Of a stretch of DNA of 37,055 bases, positions 1-8,108 are shown one piece after another; position 1 is the first letter of the stretch, and each line of letters starts with the position of its first letter. The translations under genes were made by a program, and so were the position numbers. The stretch comes from Hormoscilla sp. (GTDB taxonomy: Bacteria > Cyanobacteriota > Cyanobacteriia > Cyanobacteriales > Desertifilaceae). The stretch spans positions 1-37,055 of the forward strand of contig JBFRWI010000001.1 in NCBI GenBank assembly GCA_051439505.1. The letters are read 5' to 3'. The notes below the pieces were generated by a model that saw only the letters and a program-made list of their open reading frames with translations, searched no databases and was not told the origin of the DNA.

Positions 1-1044
1 CTGCGTAAAGGAGATGGTATCCAATACCCGGAGTACCAACAGCAAGTCATAGAACTGCAAGATAAATTGAAAAAAGCGGGTGTACTTGCGGCTAACGTGC
101 CATCCGATGGTCGATTTGACACCATAACTGAGGATGCGGTTAAACGTTTACAGCAGTATAACGAGTTATATGTGGATGGAATTGTTTATCCAGAGACATG
201 GGCAGTCTTAAACCGAACATCCCCCACACCACCCCAGAGATATCCTCTACTCCGCCTCGGTGATGGCATTGATTACCCTCAATTGCAAAGTTCTGTCAAA
301 ACCCTTCAGGATTTGCTGAAACAACAGGGAATAATTTCCCAAAATGAACCATCAGATGGGAGATTTGACTCAAAAATAGAGTTGGCGGTTAAACGTTTCC
401 AGCAGAGTAAGGGTCTACTTGTTGATGGCATTGTAGGTGAAAACACTTGGTCAGCTTTGGAGTCAAAATATGTAGAAGCTTATCGGCCCTACAACAAGCA
501 AGTTGGTGCTTTTGACTTGGACAGGATTGTCGCTTCGATTCCTGAGAGTTTTCGTTCCTATGCACGGGAGTCTATTCCCTTAATATTGCAGGAATGTGAC
601 GCGAATGGGGTTACAGATACTGGACAAATTGCCTATATTTTTGCGACAGCAGATCATGAATCTCGTCTGGGACAATGGATGATAGAATTTGCTAGCGGTT
701 GGGCCTATGAAGGGCGATCGGATTTAGGCAATACTCAGCCTGGAGATGGCCCCCGCTATAAGGGACGCGGTTTCGTTCAAATTACGGGACGGTACAATTA
801 TACGGATTGGGCTAACCGCTTGGGGATCGATCTGGTGAATAATCCCGAACGAGCAGCCGAACCCCAGAACGCTGCTAAGATCCTGGTAATCGGCATGCGG
901 GATGGCACCTTTACCAGTTACAAGTTAAATGATTACATCTACGGGGAAACCAGGGATTTTTACAATGCGCGGCGCATCATTAATCATCTCGATCGCGCTG
1001 CTGATATTGCCGCGATCGCCCGCGAGTATTATAGAGTTCTTTAA
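1..1044 (+). CDS. Peptidoglycan-binding domain repeats + glycoside hydrolase family 19 (endolysin/chitinase-like); 5' partial
   Basis: Frame is open from base 1 (LRKGDGIQYPEYQQQVIELQDKL). It has two PG-binding repeats (AVKRxQQ...LxVDGIVxxxTW) and GH19 motifs ATADHES, YEGRSDLGNTQPGDGPRYKGRGFVQITGRYNY and ARRIIN. Confidence 0.85.
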   Translation: MRKGDGIQYPEYQQQVIELQDKLKKAGVLAANVPSDGRFDTITEDAVKRLQQYNELYVDGIVYPETWAVLNRTSPTPPQRYPLLRLGDGIDYPQLQSSVKTLQDLLKQQGIISQNEPSDGRFDSKIELAVKRFQQSKGLLVDGIVGENTWSALESKYVEAYRPYNKQVGAFDLDRIVASIPESFRSYARESIPLILQECDANGVTDTGQIAYIFATADHESRLGQWMIEFASGWAYEGRSDLGNTQPGDGPRYKGRGFVQITGRYNYTDWANRLGIDLVNNPERAAEPQNAAKILVIGMRDGTFTSYKLNDYIYGETRDFYNARRIINHLDRAADIAAIAREYYRVL

Positions 1045-1144
1045 CTCTCTATGTCTACAGGATGATATCTAGCTACTGTAACAGAGTTGGATCTTATAAT
1101 AATCAGAAGGTGGTTAGTGGTTAGTGGACAAGCAACAGCTGACA

Positions 1145-1167
1145 GGGTGGGCAATGCCCACCCTACC
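1145..1167. repeat. REP-like palindrome AGGGTGGGCAATGCCCACCCTAC
   Basis: Perfect short inverted repeat. Same family as the 29-bp units at 28971-29367. Confidence 0.7.
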
Positions 1168-1195
1168 AACGGACAACTAACATCGGATTATTATA

Positions 1196-1723
1196 TTGTT
1201 AGATAAAGAAGCGATGCTTGAGTATTTGTCAACAAAATTAGACAGCTTACAATTATCACAATCGGACTCGATCTGGCTAGTATGGATTGTTGCTATTGTA
1301 TTTATAGCTGTACTGTTCTTGGTTATCTTTCTAGTGTCGGTTTTGCCAGTAATTAGAGTCTTCAGAAAAGCCAGTATCCGGGGCAAAAAGGAAATAGTTG
1401 GTCCTCCCTATATAGGAATTCAGATGATGACGCTGACGCCAGAGTGGGCAGAACGGAATAACAAAGATCCCAATGCTTTTTATCTGTTACCATCAAGTGG
1501 AGTATTGGTGACATTACTTTCCGAGGATGGACCTGCGGCAGCAGCGGGAATTCGTCGAGGCGATACCATTACACAAGTAAATAGACAAAAAATTACTACT
1601 GTCGATCAGGTGCAGAATATTGTCGCTGACAGTATCGTTGGTTCTCGGTTGCAGTTTAAGCTCAAACGGGGCGATCGCTTCCTCAAGTTAAAAGTCCGCA
1701 CGGCGTCACTACCAAGTGGTTAG
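1196..1723 (+). CDS. Membrane-anchored PDZ-domain protein (HtrA/DegP-type PDZ, no protease domain)
   Basis: One TM helix (IWLVWIVAIVFIAVLFLVIFLVSVL), then PYIGIQMMTLTPE...GPAAAAGIRRGDTITQVN. Confidence 0.75.
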   Translation: MLDKEAMLEYLSTKLDSLQLSQSDSIWLVWIVAIVFIAVLFLVIFLVSVLPVIRVFRKASIRGKKEIVGPPYIGIQMMTLTPEWAERNNKDPNAFYLLPSSGVLVTLLSEDGPAAAAGIRRGDTITQVNRQKITTVDQVQNIVADSIVGSRLQFKLKRGDRFLKLKVRTASLPSG

Positions 1724-1787
1724 CGGTTAGCGGACAACCTCCGGGGAGGCGAGACGCCCGCCCTACGCAAGAGATCGAGGTAGAAAC

Positions 1788-1860
1788 ATGACGAACACCA
1801 TTAAGAAATACTCTCTGTTTATCCTCTGTGCGGTATTATTCGGTATAGGGGCGATCGGGC
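1788..1860 (+). pseudogene. Probable 5' fragment (signal peptide) of the dienelactone hydrolase gene disrupted by IS607
   Basis: GAGG at 1777-1780 precedes ATG 1788. MTNTIKKYSLFILCAVLFGIGAIG looks like a signal peptide and runs into the IS left end. Confidence 0.5.
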
Positions 1861-1915
1861 TGAAAATTTCTATATTTTTCCGGAAATATAGTCCCGGGTG
1901 TGGTAGATATAGATA

Positions 1916-2520
1916 GTGCAAGAAAAAACTATGAGATATGTCACCCCGAGAGAAGCGTCACAAATCCTTCAGGTCTCGCAGAAAACACTCCGAAACTGGG
2001 ACAAGGACGGAAAAATACATACAGTTAGAACTCCCGCTGGTCATCGACGATACGACATCGACTCCGTCATTAGTCCAGGCGGCGACACCAGAATCAGAAT
2101 CCTCTACGCCAGAGTCAGTTCATATAAACAAAAGTCAGACCTCGAACGGCAAGCAGACTACTTGCAATCGTTGTTCACAGAGGTCAAACTTGGTCATTGC
2201 TTATCGGATCAGGTCTCAACTACAAACGAAAAGGACTTTTATCCATTTTGGGACAAGTCCTGTCAGGAGATGTCAGAGAAGTTGTGGTCTGCCACAAAGA
2301 CCGACTTGTCAGGTAAGGTCAAGACCTTATCGAATGGCTCTGTCAACAAAAAGATTGCCAACTCGTGGTTCTCAACAGAAGTGACCTATCTCCAGAACGA
2401 GAAATGGTTGAGGATATCCTTGCCATCGTCCATGTCTTCAGTTGCCGACTCTACGGACTCAGAAAGTACAAATCTACTATCAAAGAAGATTCGAGTTTAC
2501 CCGGAAACAGCACTAGCTAA
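1916..2520 (+). pseudogene. tnpA: IS607 TnpA serine recombinase, frameshifted, with internal stop
   Basis: Frame 2 reads YVTPREASQILQVSQKTLRNWD...ILYARVSSYKQKSDLERQ. It continues in frame 1 from 2203 as IGSGLNYKRKGLLSILGQVLSGDVREVVVCHKDRLVR*(TAA 2314-2316)GQDLIEWLC...EMVEDILAIVHVFSCRLYGLRKYK, ending at TAA 2518-2520. Confidence 0.88.
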
Positions 2521-3631
2521 AACTTGGTATCAATGGATATCAGCAGCCAGATGGTGCTTCAATCAGGCTATTGCCATACTCAAAAAACAGAAGATTGGCA
2601 AATATGACCTACGGAAAACGGTCATGAATATGGCTCCATCTTGGGTAACCCAAACTCCATATAACCCCCGCCAATTGGCGGTATTTCAGGCTTATGAGGC
2701 ACATAAAGCAGCAAGAAAATCAGGAGGAGATGCCAAATTTAGCTCAGTACGTACACCTGTTAAGTCTATCCGGTTTCAAAAAGATAACTGGAAGAAAGGA
2801 ACGTTTTATCCAACACAGACCAAAGGATTAATGTTCAAAGCAAGTGAGCCAATTATAGACAAAATGCATCATGAGCCTACTTTGGTATTAGATAGGGGAC
2901 GTTGGTTTATCTGTTATGCCATAGAAGCACCATTACCAGAACCATTAGACAGTTGTCTAGCCATTGCCCTTGATCCAGGCGTTAGGACATTTATAACTGG
3001 GTTTGACGGTCAAGAAATTTGGGAAGTTGGCAGGTCGGATATGGGTCGGATATATCGGTTAGCCAGTCACCTTGATAAGCTAATGTCTCGGATCGGTTTA
3101 TCTAAAGGACGACAATTCAAGCGGCTACGGTACCGTCTGCGAAAAGCGGCACAAAAGATTCGGATTAAGATTCGTAATCTTGTAGATGAACTTCACAAGA
3201 AAGCAGCAAACTATCTATGTACAAAATACAAGGTCATATTTTTGCCTACATTTGAGGTGAAAAATATGGTCAAACGAGGCAAGCGACGGTTGTCAACTAA
3301 GACAGCACGTAAAATGGTTACATGGTCGCATTATCGTTTTAAACAAACGTTGAAGCATCAAGCAGCTAAATACGGCTGTGTTGTAGTAGACGTGACAGAA
3401 GAGTACACCAGTAAAACTTGCTCAAAGTGTGGGCACATTCACCTAAAGCTGGGAGGCAACAAACAATTTGTTTGTCCCTCCTGTGGTCATACTATTGGTC
3501 GAGATATCAATGGCGCCTTCAATATTTTGTTGAAGGCTTTGAGAGATACCTCCACATCTGGCATGATCGACTCATTCCAGATTGTGCCATACTCAGAAAC
3601 TTCCGGCAATTGCCAGATTTTTCCGGGTTAA
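1916..3631 (+). CDS. tnpB: TnpB RNA-guided nuclease, pro-Fanzor/Fanzor2-like, read here as a TnpA-HTH::TnpB fusion ORF (TnpB proper may start at ATG 2270 or 2432)
   Basis: RuvC-I ALDPGVRTF (D 2972). RuvC-II FLPTFE has P at the canonical E position, with an alternative E in VTEEYTSKTC. Zn finger CSKCG/CPSCG. RuvC-III RDINGAFNI. Confidence 0.88.
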   Translation: MQEKTMRYVTPREASQILQVSQKTLRNWDKDGKIHTVRTPAGHRRYDIDSVISPGGDTRIRILYARVSSYKQKSDLERQADYLQSLFTEVKLGHCLSDQVSTTNEKDFYPFWDKSCQEMSEKLWSATKTDLSGKVKTLSNGSVNKKIANSWFSTEVTYLQNEKWLRISLPSSMSSVADSTDSESTNLLSKKIRVYPETALAKTWYQWISAARWCFNQAIAILKKQKIGKYDLRKTVMNMAPSWVTQTPYNPRQLAVFQAYEAHKAARKSGGDAKFSSVRTPVKSIRFQKDNWKKGTFYPTQTKGLMFKASEPIIDKMHHEPTLVLDRGRWFICYAIEAPLPEPLDSCLAIALDPGVRTFITGFDGQEIWEVGRSDMGRIYRLASHLDKLMSRIGLSKGRQFKRLRYRLRKAAQKIRIKIRNLVDELHKKAANYLCTKYKVIFLPTFEVKNMVKRGKRRLSTKTARKMVTWSHYRFKQTLKHQAAKYGCVVVDVTEEYTSKTCSKCGHIHLKLGGNKQFVCPSCGHTIGRDINGAFNILLKALRDTSTSGMIDSFQIVPYSETSGNCQIFPG

Positions 3632-3638
3632 ATGTATC

Positions 3639-4244
3639 TGGATGGGACTGGGAGATTTTTATCAGCAAAAAGCGGAAAAATTGGCCCAGATGGGCTATGT
3701 GGCGTTTGCTGCGGATATCTACGGTAAGGGCGTGAGACCAAAAAATAGAGAAGAGGCCAGAACTCAAGCAACTATCTATAGATCCGATCGTCAGTTGATG
3801 CGCGATCGGGCGAACGCTGGGTTAAAGCTATTGCGAGACCATCCCCTTTCCCAAAACAACCGCCTGGGGGCGATCGGCTATTGTTTCGGCGGCGGCACAG
3901 TGCTAGAATTAGCCCGTAGCGGTGCGAAAGTAGCGGGTGTAGTCAGCTTCCACGGCAATCTGGATACACCCAATCCCAGAGATGCTAATAACATTAAAGG
4001 TAAAGTCTTAGTATTGCATGGTGCCGACGATCCCTTAGTACCCAAAGAACAGGTTGCTGCCTTTACCGAAGAGATGCGCCAAGCTAATGTTGACTGGCAA
4101 ATGATATCTTACGGCGGCGCAGTCCACAGCTTTACCAATCCCAAAGCTGGCAGAGATCCCTCTCAAGGTTCAGCTTACAATCGAGATGCCGATCGGCGTT
4201 CTTGGTCGGCCATGCAGTTGTTTTTTGCTGAAATATTTGATTAG
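3639..4244 (+). pseudogene. Dienelactone hydrolase family protein, 3' part (N-terminus lost at the IS junction)
   Basis: WMGL...LAQMGYVAFAADIYG, nucleophile motif GYCFGG, LHGADDP and GGAVHSF. Homology begins abruptly at the IS right end. Confidence 0.85.
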
Positions 4245-4254
4245 CCTCAAATAA

Positions 4255-4294
4255 TTAATGGTTCGTGGCTGTTAACCCGGCCATGAACCATTAA
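4255..4294. terminator. Probable bidirectional terminator hairpin
   Basis: TTAATGGTTCGTGGC...GCCATGAACCATTAA lies between two convergent genes. Confidence 0.65.
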
Positions 4295-4319
4295 CTATTG
4301 GCATTATCTCACAGAATGG

Positions 4320-4484
4320 TTATTCTTTCCTGGCAATCACCCACACGGCGTGAATAATTCCGGGAAGATAACCGAAAAAGGTCAAGATGATATTGATCCA
4401 AAAGTCCTTGCCAAGACCAACTTGTAAGAATACTCCCAAGGGGGGCAAAAAAATCGCACACAAAATTCTAATTAAATCGCCCAT
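4320..4484 (-). CDS. YqaE/Pmp3 family small membrane proteolipid (54 aa; not in ORF track)
   Basis: Manual translation: MGDLIRILCAIFLPPLGVFLQVGLGKDFWINIILTFFGYLPGIIHAVWVIARKE*. GGAGG lies upstream. Confidence 0.92.
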   Translation of the reverse strand: MGDLIRILCAIFLPPLGVFLQVGLGKDFWINIILTFFGYLPGIIHAVWVIARKE

Positions 4485-4516
4485 TTAAGCCTCCTTCAAA
4501 ACATAAACGCTAGCTC

Positions 4517-4670
4517 TATTGCATTTCTCAAATTGATGTGTTACCGCAAATTTCCTATTTGTCATTGCGAGGGGGGGGGGTAAGTAGCGATCAACTTATA
4601 CTTTATGAGTTAACCCCCCCCCGAAGCAATCTCCCCAATAGCATATCACAGTAATTTGAGAACTCCTATA
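4517..4670. mobile_element. MITE-like element with imperfect TIRs, enclosing a GTCATTGCGAG...CGAAGCAATCTC repeat
   Basis: Start TATTGCATTTCTCAAATTGATGTG matches the reverse complement of the end, TATAGGAGTTCTCAAATTACTGTG. There is an internal poly-G/poly-C stem. A related end occurs at 21232-21264. Confidence 0.6.
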
Positions 4671-4829
4671 TCTGATGTCCGAGTGTTAACCTATCTTTAG
4701 ATTAGCATGAGAACGCTCAATTGTCAAGGATTTTTTTTGCGGATAAAAGGACATTCTAGGACATCGGTCCAGTAGAAGCTAGAAACCGGGTATAAGAATG
4801 CCGTTATTGACGAGATATCAACGATCTGA

Positions 4830-5390
4830 CTAGAGTGCTTGTGCTTTAACTGACTCCACCCGATCGGGAAAGAAAGATAAGGGATGATATGCAGGAAAAG
4901 TATTGCTTTCGAGCAATAATACGGCCCAATAGTGGATTAACATCGACCAAGCACTCCAACGATCGGGATATATGAATTGTGGTTCTGTTGCTGTTAACTC
5001 TCTGGCATATACTTCCGGCGGGATAATTTGGCGTTCTTCCCAGACCTTTGCTGGCTGAAATTTGTAATCTTTTTCGATCTTGTCAATCACAATTTTTCCC
5101 ACTGACTGCCACGATCGTCCCCGGTTAAAATCAGATGACTCTACTAGATATTCTACGATAAAATCATTGAATTTTGTTCGAGTTAATCTGAGATGAACAA
5201 AAGGAATCTCCCGACCAACTCCTATGGGGGGGGGCTTTGGCAAACCCACAGGTCGAGACACAACTCTGTCTGCATATTGTTTCTCAATTTCCTTAGCGCG
5301 GGCAAGTATTTTGTTCATATCGCCATCGCATTCCGCTTCTATTTCCAGTCTGATTTTGTGAATTTCTTCTACAATTGGGTCTGACTGCAT
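4830..5390 (-). CDS. PIN-associated putative antitoxin N-terminus fused to an unknown C-terminal domain
   Basis: MQSDPIVEEIHKIRLEIEAECDGD resembles the small partner proteins found downstream of this PIN class. It starts 1 nt after the PIN gene's stop codon. Confidence 0.55.
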   Translation of the reverse strand: MQSDPIVEEIHKIRLEIEAECDGDMNKILARAKEIEKQYADRVVSRPVGLPKPPPIGVGREIPFVHLRLTRTKFNDFIVEYLVESSDFNRGRSWQSVGKIVIDKIEKDYKFQPAKVWEERQIIPPEVYARELTATEPQFIYPDRWSAWSMLIHYWAVLLLESNTFPAYHPLSFFPDRVESVKAQAL

Positions 5391-5391
5391 A

Positions 5392-5865
5392 TTAGATCTC
5401 CATGAGTGTTTCTGGCGTACATATTACTGGCGTGTGTATAGCCTCACTACCATTAATTTCTGTGATGATTCTGCGAACGCGAGCGCTAACAATGTGCTTA
5501 CAATTCCAGCTTACCAAATAGTCCATCCTGTGCCAAGCTGCTATAGCTAGGTGAAAGGCGTCTAGTTTGGCTTTATCGGGAATTTGGAGAGCAGTCAAGT
5601 ATCTATTAGCTAATTCGCTTATTTCATCATTTGATTGTAAGAACTGTAAGTTGGCAATTGCCTCAATCCGTTTTTGCGCTGCATCCCGATCCCCTTTTGA
5701 TATTTCATCAATCACAAATGGCGAGATGAAACCTTGCACTTGAGGAAGGATGTTTTCCCACCAATTAACGGTAATTTGCTGATGAGCAGCTACGATCGAG
5801 TCCCGGCTCGGTCTAGCTGTCAGGTAGCTGACGATCGCGGTTTCGATGTAAACTGTAGGTTTCAT
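5392..5865 (-). CDS. PIN-domain (VapC-like) toxin
   Basis: VYIETAIVSYL, FVIDEISKGD, DAFHLAIA, YLVSWNCKHI and PVICTPE. Confidence 0.85.
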   Translation of the reverse strand: MKPTVYIETAIVSYLTARPSRDSIVAAHQQITVNWWENILPQVQGFISPFVIDEISKGDRDAAQKRIEAIANLQFLQSNDEISELANRYLTALQIPDKAKLDAFHLAIAAWHRMDYLVSWNCKHIVSARVRRIITEINGSEAIHTPVICTPETLMEI

Positions 5866-5975
5866 AGTGCCATATTATCATACTTTCCCTGAATCTGGCA
5901 ATGGGAGATCGGCTTCCTGACTGTGCTACCTCATATCCAGGATCTTGCTTGAGATCTGCTAACACCGTCGGCGTC

Positions 5976-6041
5976 TCAAACAAAATCATCGGATCAATTT
6001 TCCCAGGTTACTTCATAAGGATCTGTTAATGCTAACATCAT
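5976..6041 (-). pseudogene. Possible N-terminal remnant of a Uma2-family gene
   Basis: MMLALTDPYEVTWEN*SDDFV* resembles the recalled Uma2 subfamily start (xxWEKLPDDFVL). Very short. Confidence 0.35.
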
Positions 6042-6055
6042 CTTACCATCTTGCC

Positions 6056-6418
6056 CTATCTACCACTTATTTTAGCTTTGTATCCCATATTTGTCAAAAT
6101 TTCCAGCAGCTTTTCAGTATGATCTCCCTGAATTTCAATCGTATTTTCCTTCAACGCGCCCCCAGCGCCACACTGAGTTTTCAATTTTTTCAGCAACTCT
6201 GTTAAGCTTTCCGGTTCCTGCTGAAAACCACTGATTGTGGTCACGGTTTTCCCCTTGCGTCCCTTCCGAGATGCTTGCACTCTCAGATTTTGCTGGTTCG
6301 GAGGTAGTTGCCGTTTGCCCCTAGCGATCGCCTCTGAGTTATCTGTCGGACCAAATTCCCGGTAGACGATGCGATCGCTTTTTTCTGACTGACTATTTGC
6401 TGTTTTGTTTCTGGCCAT
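6056..6418 (-). CDS. yciH: Translation initiation factor SUI1 family (YciH)
   Basis: LRVQASRKGRKGKTVTTISGF...LKTQCGAGG...IEIQGDH. ATG 6418 is preferred over the longer ORF. Confidence 0.9.
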   Translation of the reverse strand: MARNKTANSQSEKSDRIVYREFGPTDNSEAIARGKRQLPPNQQNLRVQASRKGRKGKTVTTISGFQQEPESLTELLKKLKTQCGAGGALKENTIEIQGDHTEKLLEILTNMGYKAKISGR

Positions 6419-6455
6419 CTTGTTTTTTTTATCTTTATCCACCCTCTTTCTCCTC

Positions 6456-8033
6456 TCAAACATCCTTAGTTTTTTCCAGGTAATAAAATCCCTTAATAAA
6501 ATCAGCTATCAAATTCATAGGAGGCAGAGGTGATGTCAAGTATTTCATAGAGTTTACCCCATCACCTTTAGGCAGGGCAACTGTATTTAAGAAACGCTTA
6601 CCAAAATTGGGATGATGATAGACAGTTAAATTATGAGCGCTGGAATTTGTCAATACTACCTGGGTGGGAACATCAAAGAATTTCACTGATTTTAAGGGGT
6701 TTGGCAGATTTGAGGGCAGTGATATTTTTCCCACTTTGCCCATAATCTTACTCAGATACTTATTAATTTTCCTAATCTGATTGTGGTCTTTTATACTCAG
6801 ATATTCGTCCATACCGGGCGATCGGATCATATCCATCAAATCGCTCAGACGCCCCTGAGTAGCGGCAGCATCCTTAAAGGGAAGAATGGCAACGTAGGCA
6901 ATGGGAAATAAATGCTCATCGCTGTCCAGAACAAATGTGAGGGTAGTGCGGCGGTGACCCACTTTAATACTGGGGGGACTGCTCATGGCTGAGTATTGCC
7001 GCGCTATTTGATAATAGGCGTTAGCCAAGGCCAAGCTAGCTAAGTGATCCAACTTGGCATCGATAACAACATCTACCTTAGGGGGAGTGGGGTTGAAAAA
7101 CTGCTGAAATTCTTCTGGGGTGAAATGATAGACATAAGAGTGGTCCCCATCAGGGCTAAGGTCAACCCATTCACAGGTCATCCCTTCTGTCTTCAGGCCA
7201 AACCGCGAGACCCCATAAAGTTTTGCTCCAGTTAAAGTAGCACCACTCAGGTCCGCACCGCTCCAATCTGCCTTAATTAAATTTGCCTGGGTCAGGTCGG
7301 CATGGACCATGCTAGCATTCACCAAGTTAGCATTGCTCAAGTCCGCTCCAATTAAGTTCGTGCCGCTCAACTTGGCCTCGCTCAGATCTGCCCAACTGAG
7401 ATTCGCTCCACTCAGATCGACCCATCTCAGGTTAGCACCACTGAGGTTAGCGCCACTGAGATTAGTGCGATTCAAATTGGCATGTCTCAGGTCCGCTTCT
7501 CTCAGGTCTACCCCGCTCATGTCAGAGCGACTCATATCGGTACCGTGCAAGTTAGCTCCCTGTAAGTTGGCTCCCGTCAGGGAAGTTCCCCTTAAATCCA
7601 CCTCAGACAAGTTCGCTCCGCTCAGATTTGCTTGTCTGAGGGTAGCTTCTCTGAGATCTGCTCCAGTGAGGTTGGCGCGAGATAGGTCCACATAAGAAAG
7701 TTCGGCTCTAATTAGCTCTGCTCTAATTAACCCAGCTTGAACTAATGTCGAACCAGTCAGATCGGCTCGCACTAGGTTAGCTACATTCAGGATGGCGCCG
7801 TTGAAGTTGGCATGGGTGAGATTGCAACCGCTGAGTCTGGCCACATTCAGCTTGGCGTTCGACAGGTTCGATTTACTCAGATTGGCACCACTGAGGTTGG
7901 CTACGCATAAGTTTGCACGACTGAAATTGGCTTCGCTGAGATTGACGCCGCTCAGATTCACTTCAGTCAGCTTGATTGCACCAAAGTTCCGTTCTCCATC
8001 TGCATAGCTTTTGACTATTTCCTCTGCTTTCAT
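6456..8033 (-). CDS. Pentapeptide-repeat protein with conserved C-terminal domain
   Basis: YADGERNF start, about 50 A(D/N)LXX repeats, then CEWVDLSPDGD. Confidence 0.9.
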   Translation of the reverse strand: MKAEEIVKSYADGERNFGAIKLTEVNLSGVNLSEANFSRANLCVANLSGANLSKSNLSNAKLNVARLSGCNLTHANFNGAILNVANLVRADLTGSTLVQAGLIRAELIRAELSYVDLSRANLTGADLREATLRQANLSGANLSEVDLRGTSLTGANLQGANLHGTDMSRSDMSGVDLREADLRHANLNRTNLSGANLSGANLRWVDLSGANLSWADLSEAKLSGTNLIGADLSNANLVNASMVHADLTQANLIKADWSGADLSGATLTGAKLYGVSRFGLKTEGMTCEWVDLSPDGDHSYVYHFTPEEFQQFFNPTPPKVDVVIDAKLDHLASLALANAYYQIARQYSAMSSPPSIKVGHRRTTLTFVLDSDEHLFPIAYVAILPFKDAAATQGRLSDLMDMIRSPGMDEYLSIKDHNQIRKINKYLSKIMGKVGKISLPSNLPNPLKSVKFFDVPTQVVLTNSSAHNLTVYHHPNFGKRFLNTVALPKGDGVNSMKYLTSPLPPMNLIADFIKGFYYLEKTKDV

Positions 8034-8108
8034 TGCTGCTACCTATGTTTTTTTGGGGGTAAAACGGCTATCATGCCGTTGGGGCCGATCTAATTAAACT
8101 GATTAAAA

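Larger units (their letters stand above)
1860..3641 (+). mobile_element. IS607-family element (tnpA serine recombinase + tnpB); boundaries approximate
   Basis: MerR-HTH/serine recombinase followed by overlapping TnpB. TTCCGG-containing short repeats occur near both ends (1878-1898, 3598-3627). There are no TIRs, and a GG sits at each inferred junction. Confidence 0.85.

Noticed and set aside
3582..3638. N-terminus of the 220-aa hydrolase ORF as given in the ORF track
   Set aside because: These codons are IS right-end sequence; hydrolase homology starts at W (3639).
7309..8007. Plus-strand ORFs with LAPLR repeats (also 21633-22324)
   Set aside because: Antisense shadows of pentapeptide-repeat genes.
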